Positions 22,024 to 30,921 of a DNA stretch of 64,000 nucleotides are shown piece after piece; position 1 is the first letter of the stretch, and every line of letters starts with the position of its first letter. The position numbers were made by a program, and so were the translations under genes. Source of the stretch: Burkholderiales bacterium (GTDB taxonomy: Bacteria > Pseudomonadota > Gammaproteobacteria > Burkholderiales > SHXO01). The notes beneath the pieces were generated by a model. That model had not been told where the DNA came from. It worked only from the letters and a program-made list of their open reading frames with translations, and did no database searches. Location: positions 149,518-213,517 of the forward strand of contig JADZGB010000010.1 of NCBI GenBank assembly GCA_020854105.1. Direction: 5' to 3'.

Positions 22024-23778
22024 TCAGCGCTTGTTGGCGTGCGCCGGCGTGCGCCGGAGAGGACGGGTGCCGTCCTCCTCTGCGCCTCGTTCGCCACCCT
22101 GGCGCCGCGGTCCGGCCGCTCCGAAGCCGCCCTTGCGAGTCGGCTCGCGAGGCGCCGGTTGCTCTCCGGCTTGCGCGTCGCGTGCCGTGGCGAGCCGCAG
22201 GTTCGCGGGCTGGTTACGGATGCGCACTCGGGTCATGTTCTGCAGCACCTGTTCGCGGTACTGCTCGGGCACGTCGACGAAGGTGAACGCGTCGTAGATG
22301 TCGATCGATCCGATCTCGCGCCCGGGAACTCCGGCCTCGTTGGCAATCGCGCCGACGATGTCGGCAGGACGCACGCCGCTGCGCCGGCCGGCGGCGATGA
22401 ACAGGCGCACCATGCCGGGCTCGCCCGGCGCGACTTCCTCCACCGGCGGTTCGAGCGAGACGGTCAGGGGTTTCTCGCCGGCAGCCATGCGCGCGGCGGC
22501 GGCGGCCAGTTCCGCCATGTCGCGTCCGCTCTCCTGCGCGAGTTCCTCCACCAGCGTGAGGTAGGGTTCCAGTCCCTCCTCCTGCGCCGCCTGCATCAGG
22601 CGCTGCTTGAACAGCGCCATGCGCCGCGCGGCGACATCCGCCTGGGTGGGAACCTTCTTCGGCTTCATCCGCTGCCCGCTGTAGCGCTCGATCTCGCGCA
22701 ACATGCGGGTCTCACGCGGGGCGACGAACAGGATGGCGGTGCCGGCGCGTCCTGCGCGACCAGTGCGGCCGATGCGGTGCACGTACGACTCGGGATCGTT
22801 GGGAATGTCGAAGTTGATCACGCGCCCGACCTGCTCCACGTCCAGTCCGCGCGCGGCCACGTCGGTGGCGACCACGATCTCCACCTGGCCGCCGCGCATG
22901 CGTCGCACCACGGCCTCACGCTGCTGCTGGTTCATGTCGCCGTGCATGGCCTCGGCGGCGTAGCCGCGCGCCTGCAGCTTCCCGGCGAGATCGGCGGCGC
23001 CCAGCTTGGTGCGCGCGAACACCAGGACCACCTCCTCGCTGGCGGCGTCCACTTCCAGCAGGTGAGTGAGCGCGTCGAGCTTCTGGGTGGGCGGGACCTG
23101 AATGTAGAACTGCTCGATGGACGGCACGGTCAGGGTCTTGTGCCGCACCTCGACGTTGACCGGCTCGCGCAAATGGTTCTGCGCGATGCGCCGCACCTCG
23201 CGCGGCATGGTTGCCGAGAACAGGGCGAGCTGGCGCTGCGCCGGTGTCTGCTCGAGGATCCACTCCACGTCCTCGATGAAGCCCATGCGCAGCATTTCGT
23301 CGGCCTCGTCGAGCACTACACTGTGCAGGGCCCCGGCATCGAGCGTGCCGCGGCGCAGGTGATCCATCACCCGTCCCGGTGTGCCGACCACCATGTGGAC
23401 GCCGGCGCGCAGCCGCGCCACCTGTTTCTGGATCGAGTCGCCGCCGTACACCGGCAGCACGCGCACGCGCCCCAGGTGCCTGGCATAGGCATGCACCGCC
23501 TCGGCCACCTGGATCGCCAGTTCGCGCGTGGGCGTGAGCACCAGGGCCTGCGTGGCGGCAAGGTTGGGGTCGAGCCGCTGCAACAGCGGCAGCGCGAAGG
23601 CGGCGGTCTTGCCGGTGCCGGTCTGGGCCTGGCCGATGAGGTCGCGGCCGGCGAGCAGCGCCGGGATGCTCTGCGCCTGGATCGGCGTGGGAACTTCATA
23701 GCCGAGTTCGGCGAGTGCGCGCGCGATCGGTTCGTTCAGGCCGAGCGCGGAAAAGCCCTGGGAGTCTTCTGAGTGCAT
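22024..23778 (-). CDS. deaD: DEAD-box ATP-dependent RNA helicase (DeaD/CsdA-like)
   Basis: Q motif (TPIQAQSIP), [33 protein letters not shown] and [10 protein letters not shown], plus a DbpA-like C-terminal region and a basic tail. Confidence 0.9.
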   Translation of the reverse strand: MHSEDSQGFSALGLNEPIARALAELGYEVPTPIQAQSIPALLAGRDLIGQAQTGTGKTAAFALPLLQRLDPNLAATQALVLTPTRELAIQVAEAVHAYARHLGRVRVLPVYGGDSIQKQVARLRAGVHMVVGTPGRVMDHLRRGTLDAGALHSVVLDEADEMLRMGFIEDVEWILEQTPAQRQLALFSATMPREVRRIAQNHLREPVNVEVRHKTLTVPSIEQFYIQVPPTQKLDALTHLLEVDAASEEVVLVFARTKLGAADLAGKLQARGYAAEAMHGDMNQQQREAVVRRMRGGQVEIVVATDVAARGLDVEQVGRVINFDIPNDPESYVHRIGRTGRAGRAGTAILFVAPRETRMLREIERYSGQRMKPKKVPTQADVAARRMALFKQRLMQAAQEEGLEPYLTLVEELAQESGRDMAELAAAAARMAAGEKPLTVSLEPPVEEVAPGEPGMVRLFIAAGRRSGVRPADIVGAIANEAGVPGREIGSIDIYDAFTFVDVPEQYREQVLQNMTRVRIRNQPANLRLATARDAQAGEQPAPREPTRKGGFGAAGPRRQGGERGAEEDGTRPLRRTPAHANKR

Positions 23779-23900
23779 CGAATGAGGCCGGTAAAACAGG
23801 ATTGTACCGGCAACGGCGCCCGCCCCCGGATACCGGACAGGCTACGCGGTGATGCGCGATGCGATAATCGCGCCCTCCTCGCCATTCACTCACCGCACCC

Positions 23901-25016
23901 ATGACCCTCCCGCTGCCCGCCCTCGTCTCCAACCGGCAGGTCCTCGCCGAGATCCGCAACGGTATCGGTCTGATCACGCTCGATCGCGCGAACGCGCTCA
24001 ATGCGCTGTCGCTGCCGATGATCCGCGACATCACGACCCTGCTGCTGGCCTGGCGCAACGAGCCCAAGATCAAGGGCATGTTCGTGCGCGGCGCGGTCCA
24101 GGAAGGCAAGGGTGTCGCCTTCTGCGCCGGCGGCGACATCCGCTTCTTCCACCAGGCGGCAATTACCGGCGACGCCCGCCTGGACGATTTCTTCAGCGAG
24201 GAGTACGCGCTCAATCATCTGATCCACGGCTTCCCCAAGCCCTATGTCGCCTGGATGGACGGAGTGGTGATGGGCGGGGGCATGGGCATCAGCCAGGGTG
24301 CGGCGGTGCGCATCGTGACCGAGCGCACGAAGATGGCGATGCCCGAGACCAACATCGGCTTCTTCCCCGACGTGGGCGGCGGCTGGTTCCTCTCGCGCGC
24401 GCCCGGCCACGTCGGCGAATACCTCGCCTTGTGCGGCCAGGTGATCGGCGCGGGGGATGCGATCGCCTGGGGCCTGGCGGACAGCTACCTGCCCGCCTCC
24501 CGGCTCGCCTCGCTGCTGGCCGCGATCGGCGAAGCCACCATCGCCACCGAAGCCGACTGGCTGCGGCTGGTGCGCGCCCAGGTCGAAGCCGCGCCCGCCC
24601 CGCACCTGGCCTCGCGCCTGGCGGACATCGATCGCCACTTCTGCGAAGCGGGCGTGGCGGAGATCATGGCCTCGCTGCAGGCCGATCCCGGCCCGTGGGC
24701 GCAGGAGACGCTGCAGGGGCTGCGCAGGCGCTCGCCGCTGATGCTGAGCGTGACTCTCGAGCAGATCCGCCGCGGCCGCGGCATGGGGCTCGCGGACAAC
24801 CTGCGCATGGAGCGCGACCTGGTGCGCAACTGCTTTCAGCTGCGGCCGGGGACCGCCAGCGAGACCGTGGAGGGCATCCGCGCCCTGGCCGTGGACAAGG
24901 ACCACGCCCCGCGCTGGAATCCCGCCTCGATCGAGGAGGTCACCGAAGAGATGGTGCACGACTACTTCGTGAGCCCGTGGCCGGCGCACGCGCATCCGCT
25001 GCGGCATCTGGCGTAG
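23901..25016 (+). CDS. Enoyl-CoA hydratase/isomerase family protein, 3-hydroxyisobutyryl-CoA hydrolase-like
   Basis: ITLDRANALNALS, FCAGGDIR, PYVAWMDGVVMGGGMGIS, MPETNIGFFPDVGG and the long C-terminal extension are typical of HIBCH-type enzymes. Confidence 0.85.
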   Translation: MTLPLPALVSNRQVLAEIRNGIGLITLDRANALNALSLPMIRDITTLLLAWRNEPKIKGMFVRGAVQEGKGVAFCAGGDIRFFHQAAITGDARLDDFFSEEYALNHLIHGFPKPYVAWMDGVVMGGGMGISQGAAVRIVTERTKMAMPETNIGFFPDVGGGWFLSRAPGHVGEYLALCGQVIGAGDAIAWGLADSYLPASRLASLLAAIGEATIATEADWLRLVRAQVEAAPAPHLASRLADIDRHFCEAGVAEIMASLQADPGPWAQETLQGLRRRSPLMLSVTLEQIRRGRGMGLADNLRMERDLVRNCFQLRPGTASETVEGIRALAVDKDHAPRWNPASIEEVTEEMVHDYFVSPWPAHAHPLRHLA

Positions 25017-25215
25017 GTGCCGGAAGGCAGCATTGGTGAGCCGTGACCCGATCCGGGAAACCCGACATCAGGTGGTACGCACTGCTACGGCCCCACAGGC
25101 GCTCCGTTGTGGCGGTCAAGGCGATCGGCGGCGGCGGCAGTTCGTGGCAGGCGTTGGAATCAGGCATCGACCCTGCCGAGAACCTGCTGTTGGTAGGTGT
25201 TGGGCGCGAATGTGG

Positions 25216-25434
25216 TCATGGCTTGCCGGCATGGGGTGCGGGCGGCTCCTGCACCGCCTGCGCTGGAACCGCCTCGTCGGGCCGGGTCTCCTCGATCACG
25301 CCCCCACGGCTGATGACGATCGCGGTCCCCGTTCGTGCCGCCAATTCGCGTGCACGCGCAGCGGCGCGCTGCATCGCCTGCGCGGACTGACGCAGGTCGG
25401 CGTCCTGCGCCGTTTCGATCGGTCGTTCGTTCAT
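25216..25434 (-). CDS. Small conserved hypothetical protein coupled to the zeta-like ATPase
   Basis: 72-aa ORF whose ATG overlaps the ATPase stop (ATGA). DADLRQSAQAMQRAAARARELAARTGTAIVISRGGVI is a pattern I recall next to COG4185-type ATPases. Confidence 0.5.
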   Translation of the reverse strand: MNERPIETAQDADLRQSAQAMQRAAARARELAARTGTAIVISRGGVIEETRPDEAVPAQAVQEPPAPHAGKP

Positions 25435-25955
25435 GGCTTTTCACTCCAGTCCAGCAATATTGGTGCGGCCCCCGCGTTGTCATACAGGGCCCAGGCGTCC
25501 ACCAGTGGGGCATACACGCGCTCGAAATTCTCGCGACCGACCGCGAAGCGACGGCGAATCGTCGCCTCCGGGATATGGTGTCCGCCCTGCCGCACGCGCT
25601 GTGCGACGCGCGCGATGGCTTCCTCGGGGCTGTCGAGTTGCAGAAAGATGAGCTTGACACGATAGCCCGCCGCCTGCCAGGCGCGGATGTGGTGCACGTA
25701 GCCGCGCCCGGCGAGCGTGGTCTCGAAAGCGAAACTCTCGCGGGCCGCGAAGTGCCGCGCAAGTTCCTGCAACATCAGGCGACCCGCCTGCACTGCCACC
25801 GTCTCGGGCGCGAAGGGTGCCAGTCCAGCAGCGATCAGATCGGCATTGACGAACACCGGGCAGCCCGCCTCGTTCGGTAGAAACTCGCGGGCTAAGGTGG
25901 TCTTGCCCGCGCCGTTCGGCCCCGCGATGATGATGACCTTCAGCGCATCCCGCAT
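25431..25955 (-). CDS. Zeta-toxin-like / COG4185 P-loop ATPase
   Basis: ATG at 25955. Walker A is [13 protein letters not shown], followed by FVNADLIA, FAFETTLAGRGY, KLIFLQL...AIARVAQRVRQGGHHIPE. Confidence 0.8.
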   Translation of the reverse strand: MRDALKVIIIAGPNGAGKTTLAREFLPNEAGCPVFVNADLIAAGLAPFAPETVAVQAGRLMLQELARHFAARESFAFETTLAGRGYVHHIRAWQAAGYRVKLIFLQLDSPEEAIARVAQRVRQGGHHIPEATIRRRFAVGRENFERVYAPLVDAWALYDNAGAAPILLDWSEKP

Positions 25956-26191
25956 CGCTACACCTCGAGCGCGTAAGGGATCTGCTTGAAGGTGATGCCC
26001 TCGCGTGCAGTCCCGCTGTCGCCGCAGGAAAGGTCGGGCACCGGCAGGCGCCAATGCTCGATTCGATGCCGGGTGGCGATCCTGCCCTTGGATCGAGCCG
26101 GGACCGGCGATCAGGTGCTGACCGATACCGACCGCGTCGGTATCGGGCGCAACCGGTCACCGGGGACCGGAGCGCCCTTGGCAGGCGGCCG

Positions 26192-26626
26192 CTACTCCGG
26201 CAACGTGGCGCCGGAGCCGCCCAAATCGGACGGGATGTCCTTGAACTTGGGCAGGCCGTCCTTGATCCGCAGCCTGGTCTCTTCGTAGAACACGTGCAGG
26301 TGCGGCTCGAACTTGTGCGTGGGGATCACCGCCGCATAGACGTCCACCAGCCCGAAGCCGGGGTGGTCGGTGAACAGGTGCCCGCCACATTTCTTGCACC
26401 ACTTGCGGAAGCTGCGCTCGGTCTTGTTGTAGGTGGCGATGTTCTCCGCACCGCCGGTGACCTTCAGCGCCTCGGGCTTCCACAGGCTGAAGGCGTTGAC
26501 GGGGCCAGCCGACCACTGGCGGCAGGAATCGCAGTGGCAATAGCCCTCTGCCGCCGGCGCGCCGGTGACGGTGAACTGGACAGCGCCGCAGAAGCAGCTT
26601 CCGTTGTGGGTGGTTTCCTCTGCCAT
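26192..26626 (-). CDS. GFA family protein (CENP-V / glutathione-dependent formaldehyde-activating domain)
   Basis: CFCGAVQF...YCHCDSCRQWS...FRKWCKKCGGHLF, the Cys-rich zinc-binding GFA signature. Confidence 0.85.
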   Translation of the reverse strand: MAEETTHNGSCFCGAVQFTVTGAPAAEGYCHCDSCRQWSAGPVNAFSLWKPEALKVTGGAENIATYNKTERSFRKWCKKCGGHLFTDHPGFGLVDVYAAVIPTHKFEPHLHVFYEETRLRIKDGLPKFKDIPSDLGGSGATLPE

Positions 26627-26662
26627 GACAGTCTCCTCGTGGTGTGTGCTGCTCGGTCTATT

Positions 26663-27721
26663 TCAGATCGCTGCTGCGATCGCCTTGCCCATGTCCTCGG
26701 TGCTGGCCTTGCCGCCCACGTCGGGCGTACGCGGGCCGTCCACCAGGCACTTCTCGATCGCCGCCACGATCGCCTTGCCTGCTTCCGGGTGGCCCAGATG
26801 GTCGAGCATCATCGCCCCCGACCAGATCTGTCCAACCGGATTGGCGATCGTCTTCCCGTAGATGTCGGGCGCGCTGCCGTGCACCGGCTCGAACAGCGAG
26901 GGGAACTCGCGTTCCGGGTTGATGTTCGCCGAAGGCGCCACGCCGATGGTGCCGGCCGTGGCGGGTCCGATGTCGGAGAGGATGTCGCCGAACAGGTTGG
27001 AGGCGACGATCACGTCGAAGCGCTGCGGGTCGAGCACCATCTGGATGGTGAGCCCGTCGATGTGGTACTGGCTGGTCTTTACCTGCGGGTAGTTCTTCGC
27101 CATCGCCGCGAAGCGCTCGTCCCAGTAGGGCATGGTGATGGCGATGCCGTTCGACTTGGTGGCCGAGGTCACCTCCCTGCGCGCTCGCTTCATTGCCAGC
27201 TCGAAGGCGTACTTCATGATGCGGTCCACGCCCTTGCGGGTGAAGGTGGTCTGCTGCATCACGATCTCGCGCTCGGTGCCCTCGAACATGCGCCCGCCCA
27301 CCGCAGAGTACTCGCCCTCGGTGTTCTCGCGCACGACGAAGTAGTCGATGTCGCCGATCCTGCGATTCGCCAGCGGACACGGCACGCCCGGCATCAGCCG
27401 CACGGGACGCAGGTTCACGTACTGGTCGAAGCCCTTGCGGAACTTGATCAGCGAGTCCCACAGCGAGACGTGGTCGGGCACCCGCGCCGGCCAGCCGGTG
27501 GCACCGAAGAAGATGCAGTCGTGGCCGCCGATTCTGTCGCGCCAGTCGGGCGGCATCCAGTAGCCGTGTCTGTCGTAGTTGTCGCAGCTCCAGTCGAAGT
27601 GATCGAAGTGCAGGTCGATCCCGAACCTGCGCGCGGCGGCGTCGAGCACGCGCACGCCCTCGGGCATGACTTCCTTGCCGATGCCGTCGCCGGCGATGAC
27701 TGCGATTCTGTATTTGGCCAT
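26663..27721 (-). CDS. Tartrate dehydrogenase/decarboxylase (D-malate dehydrogenase)-like member of the isocitrate/isopropylmalate dehydrogenase family
   Basis: ATG at 27721 (MAKYRIAVIAGDGIGKEV). Motifs: VRENTEGEYS, NLFGDILSD, FEPVHGSAPDI. The longer ORF up to 27949 merely reads through the upstream repeat element. Confidence 0.85.
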   Translation of the reverse strand: MAKYRIAVIAGDGIGKEVMPEGVRVLDAAARRFGIDLHFDHFDWSCDNYDRHGYWMPPDWRDRIGGHDCIFFGATGWPARVPDHVSLWDSLIKFRKGFDQYVNLRPVRLMPGVPCPLANRRIGDIDYFVVRENTEGEYSAVGGRMFEGTEREIVMQQTTFTRKGVDRIMKYAFELAMKRARREVTSATKSNGIAITMPYWDERFAAMAKNYPQVKTSQYHIDGLTIQMVLDPQRFDVIVASNLFGDILSDIGPATAGTIGVAPSANINPEREFPSLFEPVHGSAPDIYGKTIANPVGQIWSGAMMLDHLGHPEAGKAIVAAIEKCLVDGPRTPDVGGKASTEDMGKAIAAAI

Positions 27722-27800
27722 CGGATTCGTCTCTACGTTCAAGAAAACTCGTCTACCACGGAGGGCACGAATGGCCATGAAGAACTGCGAACAGCTCCTG

Positions 27801-27894
27801 CCACAGAGGACACAGAGTGCACAGAGGAACTTCGAAAACGAGCATGATCTTGCCTTTCCTCGGCGATCCTCTGTGCACTCTGTGTCCTCTGTGG
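27801..27894. repeat. 28-bp perfect inverted repeat (arms 27801-27828 and 27867-27894) with a 38-nt spacer; each arm is three tandem 9-mers
   Basis: Left arm CCACAGAGGACACAGAGTGCACAGAGGA. The right arm TCCTCTGTGCACTCTGTGTCCTCTGTGG is its exact reverse complement. The arm is ACAGAGGAC / ACAGAGTGC / ACAGAGGA. It lies in a lower-GC 236-bp spacer between two minus-strand genes. Confidence 0.85.
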
Positions 27895-27957
27895 CGAATG
27901 CGGTTCGCTTTTCTTCGTCTTTCTCCGTGTCCTTCGCGGTGAAACCCATTCAAAGCC

Positions 27958-29031
27958 TCAGCGCTGCACCTCCAGGCCCACGCTGCTCGCGGTCTGCAGC
28001 AACAGTTCCCAGGTCTCGGCCGGCAGCGGCACGCCCTCGGCCAGTCGCCTGACGCGCGTGCGTGCCTCGGGTTCTCCGGGAAGCAGGGTTTCGGTGGCGG
28101 GCGGTGCGGCCTTCGCGCCCTTCACGAAGTCCAGATAACGCGCGACCTCGGGCGGGAACATGCCCTCGGGATCGAGCACCTTCGGGTCGATGTAGATCGA
28201 CAGCATGCCGTTGGCGAAGGGACGCCCGGGGGTGGCGCAGGCGTTGCCGGTGAGCGCGCCGCCGAGCAGTTCGCACATCAGCGCGAGCCCGGAACCCTTG
28301 TGGTCGCCGAAGGTGCGCAACGCGCCGTTGCCGGCCTTGATGTCACGCTTGCCGGTGCTCCGGTAGTCGCCGTAGAGCAGGGCCGCGTCGTCGCTCCTGC
28401 GCCCGTCCGGCCCGATCAGCGCGTCGCCGGGGATCGGCTTGCCGCCCTGGCTCGCCACCAGCACCTTGCCCTCGGCCACGAGCGAGGTGGCGAAGTCGAG
28501 CACGACCGGTTCGCCGTCGTGCACCGGCACACCGACGCAATACGGCGCGGTGGAGAAACGCCGCTCGAAGCTGCCGAACGGCGCCACCAGCACGCTGCCC
28601 GCTGCGTTGACGAAGTGGACCGAAACCAGTCCTTCGACGGCGGCCATCTCGGCCCAGTCGGCGACGCGGCCGATGTGACCGGCGTTGCGCAAGGCGACCG
28701 CGGAGAGGCCCATCGCCTTGCACTTGGCGATGCCGATCTCCACCGCGCGTGGGGCGACCGTCTGGCCGAAGCCGAACTGGCCATCCACCACCGCGATCAC
28801 CGGCGTGTCGACCACCACCGTGGCCTCGCGGCCGGCGTGGATCAGGCCGTCGTTCTTCATCTGGATGTAGCGCTGCACACGCACCACGCCGTGACTGTCG
28901 TGTCCGGCCAGATTGGCCTTGACCAGGTACAGCGCGATGCGCTCGGCCTCGTCGGCGGGACAGCCTGCCGACTGAAAGATGTCGCGCACCAGGTTCTGGA
29001 GCCGTGCGGCCGGAATGAGAAGAGCGTCCAT
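27958..29031 (-). CDS. Ldh2-family malate/L-lactate/sulfolactate-type dehydrogenase
   Basis: LVKANLAGHDSHGVVRVQRYI, FGFGQ, LRNAGHIGR, STAPYCVGVP, DFATSLVAEGKV and FGDHKGSGLALMCELLGG match the Ldh_2 family. The call uses ATG 29031; the alternative TTG at 29052 would add 7 codons. Confidence 0.85.
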   Translation of the reverse strand: MDALLIPAARLQNLVRDIFQSAGCPADEAERIALYLVKANLAGHDSHGVVRVQRYIQMKNDGLIHAGREATVVVDTPVIAVVDGQFGFGQTVAPRAVEIGIAKCKAMGLSAVALRNAGHIGRVADWAEMAAVEGLVSVHFVNAAGSVLVAPFGSFERRFSTAPYCVGVPVHDGEPVVLDFATSLVAEGKVLVASQGGKPIPGDALIGPDGRRSDDAALLYGDYRSTGKRDIKAGNGALRTFGDHKGSGLALMCELLGGALTGNACATPGRPFANGMLSIYIDPKVLDPEGMFPPEVARYLDFVKGAKAAPPATETLLPGEPEARTRVRRLAEGVPLPAETWELLLQTASSVGLEVQR

Positions 29032-29172
29032 GCGTGGGTGTGTGTTCGGCAAGAGCGGGGCATTCTAGTCGATTCGAAACGCCCCGTTTCGAAATTGGGC
29101 TTTGAATTATCATGTGCCGCTGCCGCGGCGCCGGAGCCGCGTCTGGACACGCACAGGGGAGCGCGGGAGAAG

Positions 29173-29964
29173 ATGAGAGAGAACACGGTCAGGACGATCT
29201 GGAACAAGGGCGGCGCCGTCATCAACGGCTGGTGCGGCATCCCCAGTTCGGTGGCGGCGGAGAACATGGCGCAGGCACAGTGGGACAGTCTCACGGTGGA
29301 CCTGCAGCACGGGCTCGTCGACTATCAGGCGGCGGTGGCGATGATGCAGGCGATCTCGACCACGCCGACCATCCCCCTGGCGCGGGTGCCGTGGCTGGAG
29401 CCGGGCATCATCATGAAGCTGCTCGATGCCGGCGCCTACGGCATCATCTGCCCGATGATCAATTCCCGGGCGGAGTGCGAGAGCTTCGTCGGCGCCTGCC
29501 GCTACGCACCGGCCGGCTATCGCAGCTTCGGTCCGGTGCGCGCCGGCTGGTACGGCGGTCCGGACTACTACGCGCACGCCAACGACACCGTTCTCGCGAT
29601 CGCGATGATCGAGACCAGGCAGGCGGTCGAGCGCCTCGACGAGATACTCACCGTGCCCGGGCTCGACGGCTTGTACGTGGGCCCGAACGACCTCGCCATC
29701 ACGCTGGGATGCGCGCCTTCCGGCACGCCCACCGACAAGACCGTGCTCGATGCCATCCGCAGGATCGCCGAAGCCGGCAAGCGCCACGGCATCCCCGCGG
29801 GCATCCACTGCGGCTCCACGCAGATGGCGCACGAGATGATCGCGATTGGCTACCAGTTCGTCACGCTGCTGGCCGACAACGCCTTCCTCGCCGCCGCCGC
29901 GAAGAGCGCGGTGAGCGAGATGCGCACGGGCAAGGCCGCTCCGAAGGCGTCGGGCAGCTACTGA
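29173..29964 (+). CDS. HpcH/HpaI-family aldolase (2-keto-3-deoxy-acid aldolase type)
   Basis: GGGAGA RBS before ATG 29173. Motifs: NGWCGIPSS, WDSLTVDLQHG, GAYGIICPMINS, RSFGP, IAMIETRQAVERLDEI, GLDGLYVGPNDLA. Confidence 0.85.
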   Translation: MRENTVRTIWNKGGAVINGWCGIPSSVAAENMAQAQWDSLTVDLQHGLVDYQAAVAMMQAISTTPTIPLARVPWLEPGIIMKLLDAGAYGIICPMINSRAECESFVGACRYAPAGYRSFGPVRAGWYGGPDYYAHANDTVLAIAMIETRQAVERLDEILTVPGLDGLYVGPNDLAITLGCAPSGTPTDKTVLDAIRRIAEAGKRHGIPAGIHCGSTQMAHEMIAIGYQFVTLLADNAFLAAAAKSAVSEMRTGKAAPKASGSY

Positions 29965-30037
29965 GGCGGCCGCCCTGGGTCCTGGTCCCCGGATTCAAGC
30001 ACTCGGGGTGCGGCTTTCTCGGGGAAGAGGTGCATCC

Positions 30038-30124
30038 CCGTCATTCCGGCGCAAGCCGGAATCCGGGTTGTAGAACTGCCCTCTCGCTGTTCGCTGGACC
30101 CCGGCCTTGGCCGGGACGACGACC
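30038..30124. repeat. REP-type composite extragenic repeat (two hairpin modules)
   Basis: Module 1 is CGTCATTCCGGCGCAAGCCGGAATCCGG (stem TTCCGGC/GCCGGAA). Module 2 is GACCCCGGCCTTGGCCGGGACGAC. The same two modules recur in inverted orientation at 48292-48358. Confidence 0.65.
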
Positions 30125-30155
30125 CCATGACCTCCGCCGCGCGCGCTGCGCCGCG

Positions 30156-30797
30156 TCAGTGCATGTCCGGCTTTACTCGTCCTCTGATCCCGTCATAGGC
30201 CTGGGCCGGTTCGTCCTCGCCGTTGGCGCGTGCCTTCGCTTCCATGTTGACGCAGTTGTCACCGGCGTAGGCGACCCGGCTCGGATGGCCGATGACGCCA
30301 AGGTAGCGGTTCTGGACGTTGTAGGCGTCCAGTTCGCGGTGAAACCAGCGATCGCACGGTGCCATGTCGGCGTACTCGCCGCCCTGGTCCTGGAAGTAGT
30401 GGACCAACTCGTGCAGCAGGATCGAGCGGTGGAACAGGTTCGATTCGGGCCGCAGCGTGTCGTCGAGGAAGATGCCGTCGCCGGGCCGATACCAGGCCTG
30501 GATCGCGCAGTGCGTGCCGCACACGTAGTTCTCCAGTTCGGCTTTCGGTACGCGATAGATCCTCGGCGCTTCCTTGGGTACGCGGTAGCGCGACAGCTGG
30601 CGGATCGCGCGGCTGAGCGTCTTCACCACCTCGTCCAGGCTGGCCGCCTCCGAGATGTCGAAGGCGCGGTTGAAGGCGAACGTATCCTCGCCCTGGTAGG
30701 CGCTGTACATCCCGCCCGTGCCGGCGGCATGGGCGCCGCTGACTGACAGGGCGAGAAGGCCGATCAGGCCGAGCGCGAAAATGCGGAAGCTGGACAT
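30156..30797 (-). CDS. Secreted hypothetical protein with an HExxH motif (putative zinc metallopeptidase-like)
   Basis: AGAGGGG RBS before ATG 30797. Signal peptide MSSFRIFALGLIGLLALSVSGAHA. SILLHELVHYFQ contains HExxH. Confidence 0.55.
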   Translation of the reverse strand: MSSFRIFALGLIGLLALSVSGAHAAGTGGMYSAYQGEDTFAFNRAFDISEAASLDEVVKTLSRAIRQLSRYRVPKEAPRIYRVPKAELENYVCGTHCAIQAWYRPGDGIFLDDTLRPESNLFHRSILLHELVHYFQDQGGEYADMAPCDRWFHRELDAYNVQNRYLGVIGHPSRVAYAGDNCVNMEAKARANGEDEPAQAYDGIRGRVKPDMH

Positions 30798-30921
30798 GGC
30801 AACCCCTCTGGTCAGCTCCCCCACCCGCCTTATGCGGCAGCCTGTGTCGAAGCCGGCGGATGCCGATCGGCTGCTGTGCCGGATTTCTTGCATGGACCGT
30901 GCCTGCGCAGACTCCACCGTT

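Noticed and set aside
25958-26110. Minus-strand frame upstream of the zeta-like ATPase reading ...RIEHWRLPVPDLSCGDSGTAREGITFKQIPYALEV-stop, a possible antitoxin.
   Set aside because: The only in-frame start (GTG) would give 23 aa, and there is no SD or recognisable fold. I kept it only as a possible relic.
26122-26146. Perfect 11-bp stem / 3-nt loop hairpin CCGATACCGAC-CGC-GTCGGTATCGG, 46 nt downstream of the GFA gene.
   Set aside because: It is tempting as a terminator, but no U tract follows on either strand. It could equally be a protein-binding palindrome, so I did not call it as a feature.
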